Below, one piece after another: positions 34,911 through 48,297 of a DNA stretch of 64,000 bases. A program made the position numbers and the translations under genes. Position 1 is the stretch's first letter; each line of letters begins with the position of its first letter. The DNA comes from Mobula hypostoma (taxonomy: Eukaryota). The notes below the pieces were generated by a model. It was given only the letters and a program-made list of their open reading frames with translations. It had not been told where the DNA came from and did no database searches. Where the stretch lies: positions 159,156,001-159,220,000 of the forward strand of contig NC_086097.1 in NCBI RefSeq assembly GCF_963921235.1. Reading direction: 5' to 3'.

Positions 34911-35820
34911 CCTAGGTGGGGGAGCAGGTAGTGTTGAGGAAACAGAGAGCCTGCAGAGAGATTTAGATAGTTTAGGGGAATGGGCAAAGAAGTAGCAAAT
35001 GAAATACAATGTTGGAAAGTGTATGGTCATGCACTTTGGTGGAAGAAATAAATGGGTAGACTATTATTTAGATGGGGAGAGAATTCAAAATGCAGAGATG
35101 CAAAGAGACTTAGGAGTCTTTGTGCAAAATACCCTAAAGGTTAACCTTCAGGTTGAGTCAGTGGTGAAGAAGGCCAATGCAATGTTGGCATTCATTTCTA
35201 GAGGTATAGAATATAAGAGCTGGGATGTGATGTTGTTGAGACGCTGTAAGGCACTCGTGAGACCATACTTGGAGTATTGTGTGCAGTTTCGGGCTCCTTA
35301 TTTTAGAAAGGATATACTGGCATTGGAGAGGGTTCAGAGAAGATTCACGAGAATGATTCCAGGAATGGAAGGATTACCGTATGAGGAATGCCTGGCACCT
35401 CTTGGGCAGTATTCCCTGGAGTTCAGGACAATGAGGGGGGATCTCATTGGAACATTCCAAATGTTAATAGGCCTGTACAGATTATATATGGAAAAGTTAT
35501 TTCCCATGGTAGTGGAGTCTAAGACAAGAGGGGATGACTTCAGGATTGAAGGACGTCCATTTCCAACAGAGATATGGAGAAATTACTTTAGTCAGAGGAT
35601 GGTAAATCTGTGGAATTTGTTGCCACAGGTGGCTGTGGAGGGCAAGTCATTGAGTCCATTTAAGGCAGAGATAGATAGGTTCTTGATTAGCCAGGGCATC
35701 AAAGGGTATGGGGAGAAGCAGGGGAGTGGGGATAACTGGAAGAATTAGATCAGCCCATGATTGAATGGTGGAGCAGACTCGATGAGCCAAATGTCCTACT
35801 TCTGCTCCTATATCTTATGA
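34911..35820 (+). mobile_element. CR1 LINE 3' fragment
   Basis: ORF 34999-35748 (249 aa) 'KYNVGKCMVMHFG..RPYLEYCVQF..LERVQRRFTRMIPG'. Confidence 0.92.
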
Positions 35821-36420
35821 TTAGCATATCAAAACAAGGATGTAATGTTGACACTTTATAAAGCAATGGTGAGGCCTCACTTGGACCCCATACATTAGAA
35901 AGGTTGTGCTGAAACTGGAGAGGGTTCAAAGGAGGTTTACAAAAATGGTTCCAAGTTTGAACAGCTTGTCATATAAAGAGTGTTTGATGGCTCTGTGTCT
36001 GTATTCACTGGAATTAAGAAGAATGAGTTGTGACCTCATTGAATGAAACCTATCAAATAGTGAGTGGCCTTGATGGAGCGGATGTGGAGAAGATGTTTCC
36101 TATGGAGGGAGAGTCTAAAACCAGAGGACACAGCCTCAGAATAGAGGGACATCCTTTTAGAATGGAGATGAAGAGGAATTTCTTTGGACAGAGGGTGGTG
36201 AATCTGTGGAATTCATTGCCACAGGCAACTGTGGAGACCAAGTCTGTATGTATATTTAAGGATGAGGCTGCTGGATTCTTGAGTGGTCAGGACACGAAGA
36301 GATACAGGGAGAAGGCAGGATATTGAGGCTATAGTAAAATGGATCAGCAATAATGAAATGGCCGAGCAAACTCAAAGGGCAAAATAGCCTAATTTTGCTC
36401 CTGTGTCTTATGGTCTTATG
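35821..36420 (+). mobile_element. CR1 LINE 3' fragment
   Basis: ORF 36030-36326 'TRGHSLRI..NFFGQRVVNLWNSLP'; tcttatggtcttatgg tail. Confidence 0.9.
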
Positions 36421-37379
36421 GTTTAAATTTGTCAGGCAAGATTTCCTCTGAAGGAAATCATGCTGACTTTGGGCTATTTTGTCAAGTGCCTTCATGTAAC
36501 CTGAAACTTTATCTTTAATTGTTGTCAGCCATGGTTGCCTCATTCTCCCTTTAGAATACTTCTTCATTTTTGGGATATATCTTTCCTGTGCCTTCTGAAT
36601 TTCCCCCAGAAGCACCAGCCATTGCTGTTTCACCTGCAACCCTGCTTGTGTCTCATTTCAATCAACTTTGGCCAGCTCTTCTCACATGCCTCGTAATTTG
36701 CTTTTCTCCACTCTAATATTGATACATCCAATTTTAGCTTCTCCTTCTCAAACTGCAGCATGAATTCTATCATATTATGATTGTTGTCTCCTAAGGGTTC
36801 CTTTACCTCGTTCCCTAATCAAATTGGGGTCATTACATAACACCCAATGCAGATTTGCTATTCCCTTAGTGGTTTCAACCACAAGCAGCTCTAAAAAGCC
36901 ATCTTATAGGCATTTTTACAAATTCTCTCTGTTGGTATCCAGCACAAACCATATTTTCCTAATCTATCACTTATTGAAATCCCCTTTGACTATTGCAACA
37001 TTGTCCTTTGTACATGCCTTTTCTACCTCTCACTGTAACCACATCCTGGCTGCTGTTTGGAGGCCTGTATGTAACTCACATCAAGTCCTTTTTACCCTTG
37101 CAGTTTCTTAACTCTACTCATAAGGTTTTATATTTTCCGACCCTATGTCCCATCTTTCCAAGGATTTTATTTTATTTTTACCTACAAAGCCAACCCACTC
37201 CTTCTGCCTACCTGCCCATCTTTTCAATACCATGTGTATCCTTTGGTGTTAACCTCCCAGGTATTATCTTCTTTCACCCATGTCTCAGTCTTGCCCACAA
37301 TGTCACACCTGTAAATCTACAACTGTGCTTCAAGATCATCTACTTTATCCCATTTACTCTGTGCATTCAAATGTAACAT

Positions 37380-37445
37380 CTTCAGTGCTGTATTCATCAC
37401 TCCTCTTTAGATCTTCAGTGTTGTATTCATCACTCTTCTTTAGAT
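37380..37445. repeat. Tandem duplication, 2 x 33 bp, inside the CR1
   Basis: cttcagtgctgtattcatcactcctctttagat / cttcagtgttgtattcatcactcttctttagat. Confidence 0.85.
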
Positions 37446-39939
37446 TTTGGCCCCTGGTACACTTCAACTCATCCCACTGACTTATTTTTGCCCTATCATC
37501 TGCCTGTCCTTCCTCACAGTCTCATTACACACTGCATCTAGATGTATACCAACTGCCCCACCCTCAGGCATATTACTCTGATTCCCATCCCCTGCCAAAT
37601 TAGTTTAAACCCTTCTTAACATCTCCAGCAAATGTGTCTGAAAGAATATGCTTCACCCTTGAGTTTAGGTGCAATTCGTCCTTTTTGTACAGGTTATCTC
37701 TTTCCCAGAAGACATCCAGAAATCTAAAACCCTGTCACCTACACCAATTCATCAGCCATGCATTCATCCACCAAATCATCCTATTTTTATCCTCACTGGC
37801 ATGTGGCACAGGCAGCAATCCAGATGTTACTCCCCTGGAGGTCCTGCTTTTCTGCTTTCTACCTAACTCACTATATTCTCTCTTCAGGACCTCCTCCCCT
37901 TTCCTACTATGTCATTGATACCAATATATACCATGATTTCCAGCTGTTAACCATCCCAGTCAAGACATCCTTGACCCTGGCACCTGGGAAGTAACACACC
38001 ATCCAGGTGTCCCTTTCATGTTCATAGAATCTGCTGTATATTCCTTTAATTATGGAATCCCCTATCACTACTGCACTGGTCTTCTCCCCCCTTCCCTTTT
38101 GAAGCACATAGTCAGACTCAGGTTACTGCGCTTTCCCCTAATAGGATGTTCCCCCACCCCCCCAACAGTATCCAAAGTGGTTTTATTGTTATTGACTGGA
38201 ACGGCCACAGTGGTACTCTGCACTAGCTGCCTATTCCCTTTCCCTTTACTGGAAAGACACCCAAGTATCTGCTTCCTACAGTTTAGGAGTGATTACCCCC
38301 CTGTAGCTTTCCCATATATACTGAAGGTCATCCAGCTGCATCTCCAGTTTCTTAACACGGTCTCTAAGGATCTGCAGTCCAGTGCACCTTGAGCAGATGT
38401 AGTTGTCGAGCAGTTTGGAGATCTCCCAAAGTTCCTATATTTCACACATGGAAAATACCACTAACTCTGGACCCATTCTCAGCACACTAGCTATGTACAA
38501 ACAGAAAAAAATAAACTTACTAGAAACATACTTAGAACCTCCATCTGTGCTTCCCCAAGCCATTTCTTCCATGGTATAGATATTTCAGGTGGGCTGGTTA
38601 TTTTATCTTTGTCTAAATCAATTGTCAAGTTGTGCCTTTTGTGTCAACCTACAATCTATTTCTGTAGCAATGGTTTACTTCATAAAAAATAAAATAGCTT
38701 GTGCTTTGAAAATAATAATGCATTCCATTGCTGATATTCCTATGAGGAAAGAATGTATTTTTCTAGCTTCCTGCCCTTCCCTCCTGGTTTGCATTGGGAT
38801 ATAGTTCAGTGGTTTCTCCCATCAACTCTCAAAGATGGTGGATCTTCTGAGAAGGAGTTTTAATTCAGGTACAATCTACCTGCAGTTCCCACCCATTTTG
38901 AAAAGCAACCTTGTTGATAAAAATTGAATGATCTGTCATTCCAAAACATAACTAAAGTGGTACCAGCTACTGGGTATTGTCTTTCACAATGAAGAAAAGA
39001 TCCCATAGGATTAATTCAAGAAAGGGCATAAGGGTCATTACTAACGTGCTGGACAACATTTATTCTCAATTAACATTGTGGATGAAGTGGGCTGGAAGAG
39101 CATTTTTCTCTGCTGTAGGATTCTTTATTGCAGTATTAAAAGCAAATAATCCGGGCAGTATCATATTATGCTTTGTGGGATCTTCCTTGGCATAATTTAA
39201 CTTTTGGATTGGAATAATGACAATATTTTGCAAAGGCCTTGTTAGCTGTAAAAACATGTGGGGATTATCTAAAGCTGTAAGGATCTGATATAAATCAGGT
39301 GTCTCGAAGGCAATCAAGCCAGTAATAATGTGCATTTATCTGATATTTTGAATTCCCAGGGATTTTTTATTGGAACATTATTGAAGAGCATTTGATGCTG
39401 AACTGGGTGAGGAAGTAGTCAAATAGGTATTAGAAAACTTGGTCAAAAAGATAGGATTTAATCCAAATCTTTTTGGGAAGGTTTTCTTTTGTGGGGAGTG
39501 GAATTAAGTGTGGGTGGTGGGATGGGGATGGGGAGGGGTTACACTTTCTGACATGGCTGAAACCCTCCTATTCCTCTTGAACACGGACAAAATGCCACTT
39601 GTGCTCATCATCAACACTGCCAGCATTCATTGGTCGTTTGTCTCCAACAGACGGTCCATTCAAACAGGAATTAAAATGAGGTCCTGTGATTGTAAGGAAT
39701 ACTGAATTATTGCCATTCATATAGCTCTTGTCTGACAGAGGAAGGTAACCATACAGATGAAGGAAACTGGCCAAATGGGAGCTGAGGGATTTGTGGATGT
39801 TACTTCTGTTCCCCTTGGTTTGGCCAGACACTTTTCACTTACCGTGCTGCACACCTGACTGCTATTTAACCCTCAAATATCATTCTAAAATCTCTGAAAA
39901 ACCTGCATCTGATTAGTTAGAAATTCTAAAAGATCAACA

Positions 39940-40120
39940 GCCCCCTCCCACTTTCAAATCTCTTACTAGGTCTTCTTTCAGTTACTCCTGACGAAGGGTC
40001 TTGGCCCGAAACGTTGACTGTACCTCTTCCTATAGATGCTGCCTGGCCTGCTGTGTTCAACAGCAACTTTTATGTATGTTGCTTGAAATTCCAGCCTCTG
40101 CAGATTTCCTCGTGTCTGCA
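39940..40120 (+). mobile_element. Solo Penelope pLTR fragment with hammerhead motif
   Basis: CTGACGA-A-GGGTCTTGGCCC-GAAACGTT-GACTG at 39988-40020, followed by the same downstream pLTR sequence as 55650-55750. Confidence 0.85.
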
Positions 40121-40381
40121 TATTCCAGTTCCCTTTAAACCCCCAGGATCTCTGGCAAATGCATTGTACTAACAGTTAACACATGAAAAAAGGAAATTAA
40201 ATGAAATGGAAACCCAAGACTTCTGACTTTCCAAATAAAAAAGTGTCATTTTTTAGAAGTGACATTTTCCAGGAAACTTAGCTGTGTGGATTCAGAATTG
40301 GCTTGCCCACAGAAGGCAAAGGTTGGTAGTAGATAGAGTGTATTCTGTATGGAGATCTGTGACCTGCTGTGTTCTGTAGGG

Positions 40382-41485
40382 CAGCAGTCCCCAACCACCG
40401 GGCCGCAAAGCATGTGCTACCGGGCCACGAGGAAACAATATGAGTCAGCTGCACCTTTCCTCATTCCCTGTCACGCCCACTGTTGAGCTTGAACGCACGC
40501 GAGGTCATTACCTGCGCGTCATCCATGTCAGCGCGGGAAGAAGATCAACTCCTCGAACTTGCAAATGATGGCGGGCTGAAAAGTATGTTTGACATAACAT
40601 CTCTGCGGGCATTCTGGATCAAAGTCAAGGCTAAATATCCTGAGCTAGCCACGAAAGCACGGAAAACATTGCTTCCATTTCCAACATTTTTCTGCGAAGC
40701 GGAGTTTTCTGCAATGAATGCAACAAAAACTAAATTGCAGAATAGACTGGACATAAGGAACCCCCTTCGAGTATCGCTGTCTCCCATCACCCCTCGATAG
40801 GACTGTCGTGTTGCAGGGAAACAAGCCCAGGGCTCCCACTGATTCAGCGATATTGGTGTGTTGCAATGATTTTATATGTTCATACGGGGAAAATATACGC
40901 TGTGTGTTTAATATCCAAACATTACTTAAAATGTTACGATGCTATTGACTTACTTATATAACTATATAACAATTACAGCACGGAAACAGGCCATCTCGGC
41001 CCTTCTAGTCCTTGCCGAACGCTACTCTCACCTAGTCCCACCGACCTGCACTCAGCCCATAACCCTCCATTCCTTTCCTGTCTATATACCTACCCAATTT
41101 TTCTTTAAATGATAATATCGAACCTGCCTCTACCACTTCTACTGGAAGTTCATTCAACACTTACTTCAAACTTCCCTGTCCTCCCCGATAATTGACTTCT
41201 CACTACATTCATGCGAGGAAAATATGCGCTGTGTGTTTAATATTAAATTTGTTAGATAAACCCTTTTAGAAATGAAATTGAGTGTATTAACCACTTATCA
41301 CCTATATTCCGGTCATGATTAACATTAACCCCCACCCCCCACCCCAGACAGAATCGTCAAAAACGATTTACAGGATAGTAAATCGACAGGCACACGCATG
41401 CGCTCGGGTGCCTGCGCAAGGCTTCATGGTCATTGTCGTCTTTCTCTGGGTAAACACAACATGATTGGCTGCTACTCTTGTCCAT
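40382..41485 (+). mobile_element. hAT (Charlie/Buster-type) non-autonomous DNA transposon, right end missing
   Basis: Left terminus cagcagtccccaacc. ORF 40483-40800 'FWIKVKAKYPELATKARKTLLPFPTFFCEAEFSAM..KTKLQNRL' is a hAT C-terminal dimerisation domain. No right TIR found. Confidence 0.85.
40960..41160 (-). mobile_element. CR1 3' tail embedded in the hAT
   Basis: acagcacggaaacaggcc..ggcccttctagtcc..acctagtccca..gacctgca..cccataaccctc, homologous to 43010-43100 in reverse. Confidence 0.75.
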
Positions 41486-42176
41486 TGGCTCTGGAACTCC
41501 TGCTCTCTGTGATTTTTATAAAAGACTTGAATGAGGAAGTGGAAGGATGTGTTAGTAAGTTTAAACATGATACAAATGTTGGTAGTGGTGTGGAAAGTGC
41601 AGAAGGTCGTTTTAGCGTACAACAGGAAAATCATGGGCTGAGAGATGGCAGATGGAATTCAATCCAGAAAAGGGAGAAGTGGTACTCATTGGAAGGGCCA
41701 AGTGGATGGCAGAGCATGAAGTTAACAGTAGGATTCTGTGCAGTGAGGAGAAAGAAAGGGGCCTTGAGGTCAATGTAGCTGCATTTACTAGCAGGACAAA
41801 AATTGAATAAGACCAATGAAAGAATGTTATCCTGGCATTAATCTTGGCTGTCATATCCCACATTTGGAGGTTTTGACTTCAAGTCTCACTCCAGAGACCT
41901 GAGCAAAAATAAATCTAGACTGACTAGTAAGTGGATGACTAAATTGCCTGAATTTTAAAACATATCCACCACAGCACTTCCAGGTTGATATAAAAGATTA
42001 CATAGCATTATTCTTAGGGGCAAATTAGGGTTGCAAATCGCAGGAGACCAGTACAACTTTCAGGTACTTTTTGTTCAGAATGCAATGTCTGTAGACTCAT
42101 AGCAAAGAATGCCATGCCCATGCTCCATTAGCCTTCATTACAATTTATCCATTCCCTGCTGGCTATATCAATGATC

Positions 42177-43110
42177 TAGTTAATAATGTGGTAAATTGGA
42201 TCAGCAAGTTTGCTGATGACACTAAGATTGGAGGTGTTGTGGAAAGCGAGGAAGGTTTTCAAAGCTTGCAGTGGGATCTGGACCAACTGGAAAAATGGGC
42301 CAGAAGATGGCAGATGGAATTTAATGCAGCCAAGTGTGAGGTGTTGCATTTTGGATGGACAAATCAAGGTAGGACATACACAGTAAATGGTAGGGTGCTA
42401 AGCAGTGTGGAGGAACAAAGAGATCTGGGAGTTCAGATACATAATTCCCTGAAAGTGGTGTCACATGTAGACAGGGTTGTAAAGAAGGCTTTTGGCATCC
42501 TGGCATTCATAAATCAAAGTATTGAGTATAGGAGTTGGGATGTAATGGGGAGGTTGTATAAGACATTGGTGAGGCCAAATTTGGAGCATTGTGTACAGTT
42601 CTGGTCACCTAACTATAGGAAGGATATTCGTAGGATTGAAAGAGTGCAGAGAAGATTTACTAGGACGTTGCCGGGTCTTCAGGAGTTAAGTTACAGGGAA
42701 AGGTTGAACAGGTTAGGACTTTATTCCTTGGAGCATAGAAGAATGAGGGGAAATTTGATAGAGGTTTACAAAATTATGAGGTGTATAGACAGAGTAAATG
42801 TGAATAGGCTCTTTCCACTTAGATGATGAGAGATAAATATGAGAGGACATGGCTTTAGGGTGAAAGGGGAAAGGTTTAGGGGGAACGTTAGCCGGAACTT
42901 CTTCACTCAGAGAGTGGTGGGAGTGTGGAACGAGCTGCCATCTGACGTGGTAAATGCGGGCTCACTCTTAAGTTTTAAGAATAAGTTGGACAGGTACATG
43001 GATGGGAGAGGTCTGGAGGGTTATGGACTGGATGCAGGTCAATGGGACTAGCGGAATAATGTTCCGGCACAGACTAGAAGGGCCTGTTTTCTGTGCTGTA
43101 GTGTTCTATG
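42177..43110 (+). mobile_element. CR1/HER1-like LINE, 5'-truncated, well preserved
   Basis: ORF 42188-42826 (212 aa) 'SKFADDTKIGG..LVRPNLEHCVQFWSP..ERVQRRFT', then 42839-43051. Confidence 0.93.
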
Positions 43111-44403
43111 GCTGGCTGCTCCATTTCCAGGTTCACCTTCTTCTCCTTTATATCTAATTGAGGCAGTGACAAATTGGTGGCATCCACATCCCCCCTGGTC
43201 ACTGGTCAAAGTTAATTAATATGAGTCATGTTCAGTTCTCTCACTCAAGAGGTTTGCTCAGCAGTGGGATTGCAAAGACCATCACCTACTGCAAATCACA
43301 TCCTTAGAGGGCCACAGAGATGAGAGAGAAATGAAAGACAATACTGATAAAGAAAGGAACAACATCAAAAGATGCAGTGATATAAATAAAGCGACACAGA
43401 AAAGCTTACATCAGAACCTTTGTGGTTGTGGCATTGTAACAGTAGAGTTGGAGATATTAAGTTGACTTTATATCCTTAAGGTGCCTTTGTCCCAGGAAAA
43501 AAAGTTAAATATTGCTTACACTAGGCATTCAACAGCTGAGAATGCTCAATAACAGACTTCTCTATTTTTGTTAGCTTAGGTTGCAAATTTAAAAGATGTC
43601 ATCAATCCTTCTTTAATTAGTGTGGCAATCAGAATGTTTTGGTGTTAAATATGAATGTAAATGGAATCTATTTTCCTTTTATTCATTAATTTTATCTGAA
43701 GATTTAAGCATGCTTTCACAGTGAAATGAGAACATCAAAAGAATCTCTGTGGGTTCTGCCTGATTTCACACATTGCTCTGCTAAATTATATACTGACGGA
43801 TAGAAATGAAAAAGCTTATCTGATTTGCTTTGAAATTTCAAAAAAAAATTTAAAAACAAATAAAAAACGAGCAAATCCACAGATTAGAATCCAACCCTTT
43901 GAGTATTCAAAGATGTCATCAAATTTCAAACCATATTCCTTAATGACTTTAGATAAGGACAAGAGAAAGGCGCCTTTATTTGATATAAACAGAACAGAAT
44001 AATTCAAATTGTCCTTTCTGTTTAATTATAATTATGTTGAGTAGCATTTTTTAAAAAAATATTCCCCAATGTGGTATCTCCTGCTCTTGTTCCCCAAGCA
44101 CTCGGTGGGAGCAAACTGAAAAATCACCTGGAGTTGGTGTTCAAAATAACGGGCGATTTATTAAAAACTGGTGGGCACTGGAAGACCAGTCAAAGGTGAT
44201 CTTCCCAAGCATGAATTTAGTAGAGCTTTTACAATCTCAGTTGATGAGATTCCCAGTAAAACTACATTTTGTTAACAGAATGATGGTTATTTATTAATTA
44301 AATAATACACTAGGTCCTGATTGCAGAGTAAACTGTTCATCCACAGGTCTAACAGTAAATGCAATTTTCTCTTACAGCAATGGATGCATCTACCTATCTT
44401 CTA

Positions 44404-46001
44404 TCTATACATTACTAAATTCTCATTCTGTTTATCTGTTTGTCTGTTTGTGCCCTCAAAGTAGCCCAAATGGTGCATTAATGTACTTTTTTTGACTAAA
44501 TGGACTTAAAATGTGCTAACTTACAGAATGCATGCAAAAGTCAGGGTTAAATTGGGTTATATTCATTTAAAATTGCTCACTCATCAACAGGCCCCGCTTT
44601 CCACACGCGATTCCAGCTTTCTTGGAAACTGTGACACGACACCCCAACACATGTGCACGGCCAGCCTCAGCAACGTCTCACGATGCTCACAGCAGCAACA
44701 CCGACCACAGCAAAAGGGCAGGGCAGCTCGATTTCGAATGGCCACATTCTGCTAATCACCATCAGCATGTGCAGGATTAGGACAGATCAAACTGCGACCC
44801 ATCAATAAGAGATAGTTAAATCTTATTGTAATGAAGTACTTCGAATCACCGATCAAATCCTTTGCTGCAGTCAAAGGACAATGGTGACTATATCACGCCC
44901 ATTTAGGAGAGCGTCAACAACATTATCAAGAGAAATCAGCATCCTGGAGGCTTTGGTGTTACTGCTTCGTATCTTGTATCCAGCATTAAGGTAAAAAAAT
45001 ATGGTCAGCCTAATTATGCTGCGTAGAAAGAGAAGGGGGACATTATGGTCAAGAGATTACGCCAAATGTCGTCGGGAAGCAGCAAGGAGAGGGAGAGAAC
45101 AAGAACCAGACGAGGCCGGGGCCCCACGAATCCAGGATCAAAGAGTCAGGAGAAAAAAGATGAGAGAAGAAGAGACAGAGGAGGAGAGGCATGCATGTCT
45201 CCAAAATGACAATAATGGGCACAGAAGGAGGAGAGAACAAGAATCGGATCAGGCCAGGGCCGCATGACTCCAGGATCAGAGAGAAAGAACAAATGGTAGA
45301 AGAGATGAAGAGACGAAGGATGAAAGGGTTGCCCATCTCCAGAAAGACAACAACTGCCAAAGAAGTCGCTGTCATTATACCGAACAGCACCGAACCTGAA
45401 GCAAGATCACAGCATCCCATCATTTCAATGAGGAACTTGGATCCACCAAGGCTTTGCAATGGAACACGAATGATGGTGGAAGAACTGCACGACAATCTCA
45501 TCGTAGCAAAGATAAACATTAGTGCGTTCAAAAATGACATTGTCATGATCCCAAGAATTACTGTCAGTTTATCAGAAGGGGAGGATGTCCCTCGTCAGCG
45601 GAGCCAGTTCCCGATATAGTCATGCTTTGCTATGACTATACATAAGGCACAAGGCCAAACCATGGAGAATGTGTTGACTTATCTGGAGAAACCAGTATTC
45701 CAGCATGGCCAGCTGTATGTGGCTTTAAGCCGGGGAAAAAGAAATGAAAACCTCAGAGTATTCTTGAAGGGTGGTGGATCAGAAATGTTGTCATCAAAAG
45801 TGTCCTTTGATAAAATGAGGAGGAGCTATATTTGTCTTGCTACGCATCTTATCTTCATCAATAAACTGAGATTTTCTTGTTTAATTTCCAAAGCAAAGCA
45901 ATAGCAAGAGCATTCAGGGAAATTTAATGTTCATTCTGGTCACATCAGACTGCACTAGCTTTCTCTCAAAGGGTGACCCAACGGGTCACCCAGTTGTCTA
46001 G
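44404..46001 (+). mobile_element. Internally deleted Helitron (~1.6 kb) with PIF1 helicase C-terminal remnant
   Basis: 5' A|TCTATAC start (the exact TC is ambiguous, 44389-44404). 3' hairpin gggtgaccc-aac-gggtcaccc (45971-45991), then CTAG|T (45998-46002). Helicase motifs 'RNLDPPRLCNGTR', 'QFPI', '[23 protein letters not shown]'. Confidence 0.93.
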
Positions 46002-48297
46002 TAATTAATAAAACTCTCAAACCTTGGATGCCATCACTGCTGCATTTCATGTCTCATCCTCAAGGCTTTGTCTGTGGTTCCCTATTCCACATCAGCACCA
46101 TCCACATCCCTATTACAAGTTACAAGCACTTACTATCTTTTCCCCTACAACACACTCCCTGAACTCTGAAATTCCTTTTGTTTTAAATCCTGAGCATTGC
46201 TTATGATACTCCTGCCTAAAACAGACATGCAAGTTTATGGGCAACATGGGACCAAGCAAAGCTATACACATTTGAGTTGCTTCTCTAAAATTTGACTGGT
46301 ATCTGTTTAAGATCAAATTTATTTCACAAATTACCTTTGATTAAATTTGAAAGAACACAACATAAGGAGCTAGAATTTTATAGTACTTGATATTTGATTT
46401 AATTCTTTGCAGACTTGGGAGATGTATTGTCATGAAATAATAAACTAAGTTATGAGACTGTGCATGAAAGGTGAAGGGAATGTGACTGCAACTGCAGTGG
46501 TGTGAGTGATGGTAAGAAATAAAAGTCACAAATTGTTTGAAACTATCATTGAATATGTATTGGAAATGAAACAAAAACCAAAACTAGTTTGTTCAAGATT
46601 TTTTTTTGTAATTTAATTGTTGCATTCCTGCTAGGTTGGTTTGGAATGATAAATATGTTTGAATGAACAATGAGAGCTAACAATGCTTAATAAGCACAGC
46701 TGAATTCTTTATCTATTTGTTCTTCCTCCCTTTTCAGAATATAATTCTGCTCCAATCTGCTCTGGAAAATTAATAAAGCCATTGTGTCTTCATGACCCAT
46801 AACTATGTGATTCTTGTGGCAGCACATTCACTTCATTTCATCAAAGGTTTTGTTTGTGGGATCCATTTTGCAGAACCTCTTGTTATACTGAAGCTGAAGT
46901 CTAAACAAATCATCGATATCTCACTTCCAGAGAAGAGTTATATTTCCATACATCAATTACCATTCTGGTAGCTTGGATTAGATTGCAGATATATTATACC
47001 TTGTTGGGCCAAATGGCCTCATTCTGCTCCAATGTCCTATGTCAAATGGTTTACCTAAACTGAAAGCAGGAAGATCAAAACGTACGTAAGTATTGGAAAT
47101 GTTCGGATGGATATGAATCTGTGCAAAATATTGTTTTTGTTCTTAAAAATAAAATGCAGTTACTATTCAGTAAAATAATGCACACATTTACAGTACTTTC
47201 ACAAAGTGAAAAATATTTTGCTAATATCTTACATGACCGTTAGCAAAAGGGATAGACAGTGCAAATTTATTGCTTTTGAAATATCTTGAATATTGCAATT
47301 TGACAGAATCTTATATTATTTAGTACATTTTTTCCTTTTGAAATGATTTCAGAGATAATTAGTTTCTTGTCATCAATTGTAAGTTTCCTACTGTTGGATT
47401 TGTCACTTCAGAGTTTATTATTCTCACTCAGTAGAAACTGAACAATGAATACTAATTGCCAGTTTCTCACTTTCCTAATCTAGATGTTGTAGAGGTGCTG
47501 AAGTCTAAAAGAAAAATTATGTCTGTGGCTTGGCAACGGAGTTAGTGTAGGTCTAAGGAAAATGGCTTTAGCCTTGCTGGTATTTAATTATAGAAATTTA
47601 TTTTCATCCACTGTTCAGTTGCAGTATGTGTCAAATATTTCTTCAGCATTATAAAGGGATACTCAAGTTGCATTTGGAACCAGGATGGTATCTACTTCAG
47701 ATCCAGGTCAATTTTCTCAACAATGTTGTAACACGTAAATGAATCTAGTACAGTACTATTACTAGTGAAGGTCAATGGGACAGTGGTTACAATGCAGACC
47801 CTTTAGTTCAAATTCCCTAAAGGCAGGTGGGGTATTTGAATTCAGTGAATTGAATAATCAGTTATCAGTAAAGGTGAGCATTAAACTACAAATGTGTATG
47901 GGTATATCAGTCTTTACTTAAAGAAGATTAAAAGTAGGCTTAAGTATATGAAAGCAGCCTTTATCAAAGAAAATCTACAACTCCTATTTGGATAGGAAAA
48001 GCTTCGAGGGATGCAAGCTAAATGTCAGAAAATAGGACAAGCCTGGGTGGGCGCCTTATTAGCATGGACAAGTTGGACCGGAGGGCCTGTTTCTGTGCTG
48101 TATTACTCTATGACTCCATTGATTTCAGATTATGCAGCTTGAAATGTAAAATAATCTAAAGGTCTTAGTACATGATTTATGGAAGGTTAGTGTACAGACA
48201 CTGCAAGTAGGAAAGATAAAAGAATATTATCATTTATTGCAAGGGGGATTGAATACAAAAGTGTGGAAACCATGCACTGATTGCAGGGCAGTATTGT

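Larger units (their letters stand above)
33040..38530 (-). mobile_element. Long CR1 LINE (ORF1 esterase to 3' UTR), fragmented by three plus-strand CR1 pieces
   Basis: Minus-strand pieces at 33040-33780, 34775-34908 and 36425-38530. ORF1 esterase 'AVVIGDSIIKG..VCYFPGARVKDV' (37907-38107); 'RMRQPWLT', 'KSCLTNL' (36256-36639). Confidence 0.82.
40270..41780 (+). mobile_element. CR1 RT fragment split by the hAT insertion
   Basis: tggattcagaattggcttgcccacagaaggcaaagg at 40287-40322; resumes ~41485 with 'IFIKDLNEEVEGCVSKFKHDT'. Confidence 0.7.

Noticed and set aside
39568..39831. ORF ending 'DDEHKWHFVRVQEE', faintly laminin-G-like
   Set aside because: The similarity is too short, and there are no convincing splice sites or supporting exons.
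40483..40800. Possible host ZBED5/SCAND3-like domesticated transposase gene
   Set aside because: Only the C-terminal dimerisation fragment is present, ~100 bp from a hAT terminus, so it is a transposon remnant.
45191..45904. Possible host PIF1 helicase gene
   Set aside because: It has an in-frame stop and only C-terminal motifs, and is enclosed by Helitron termini.
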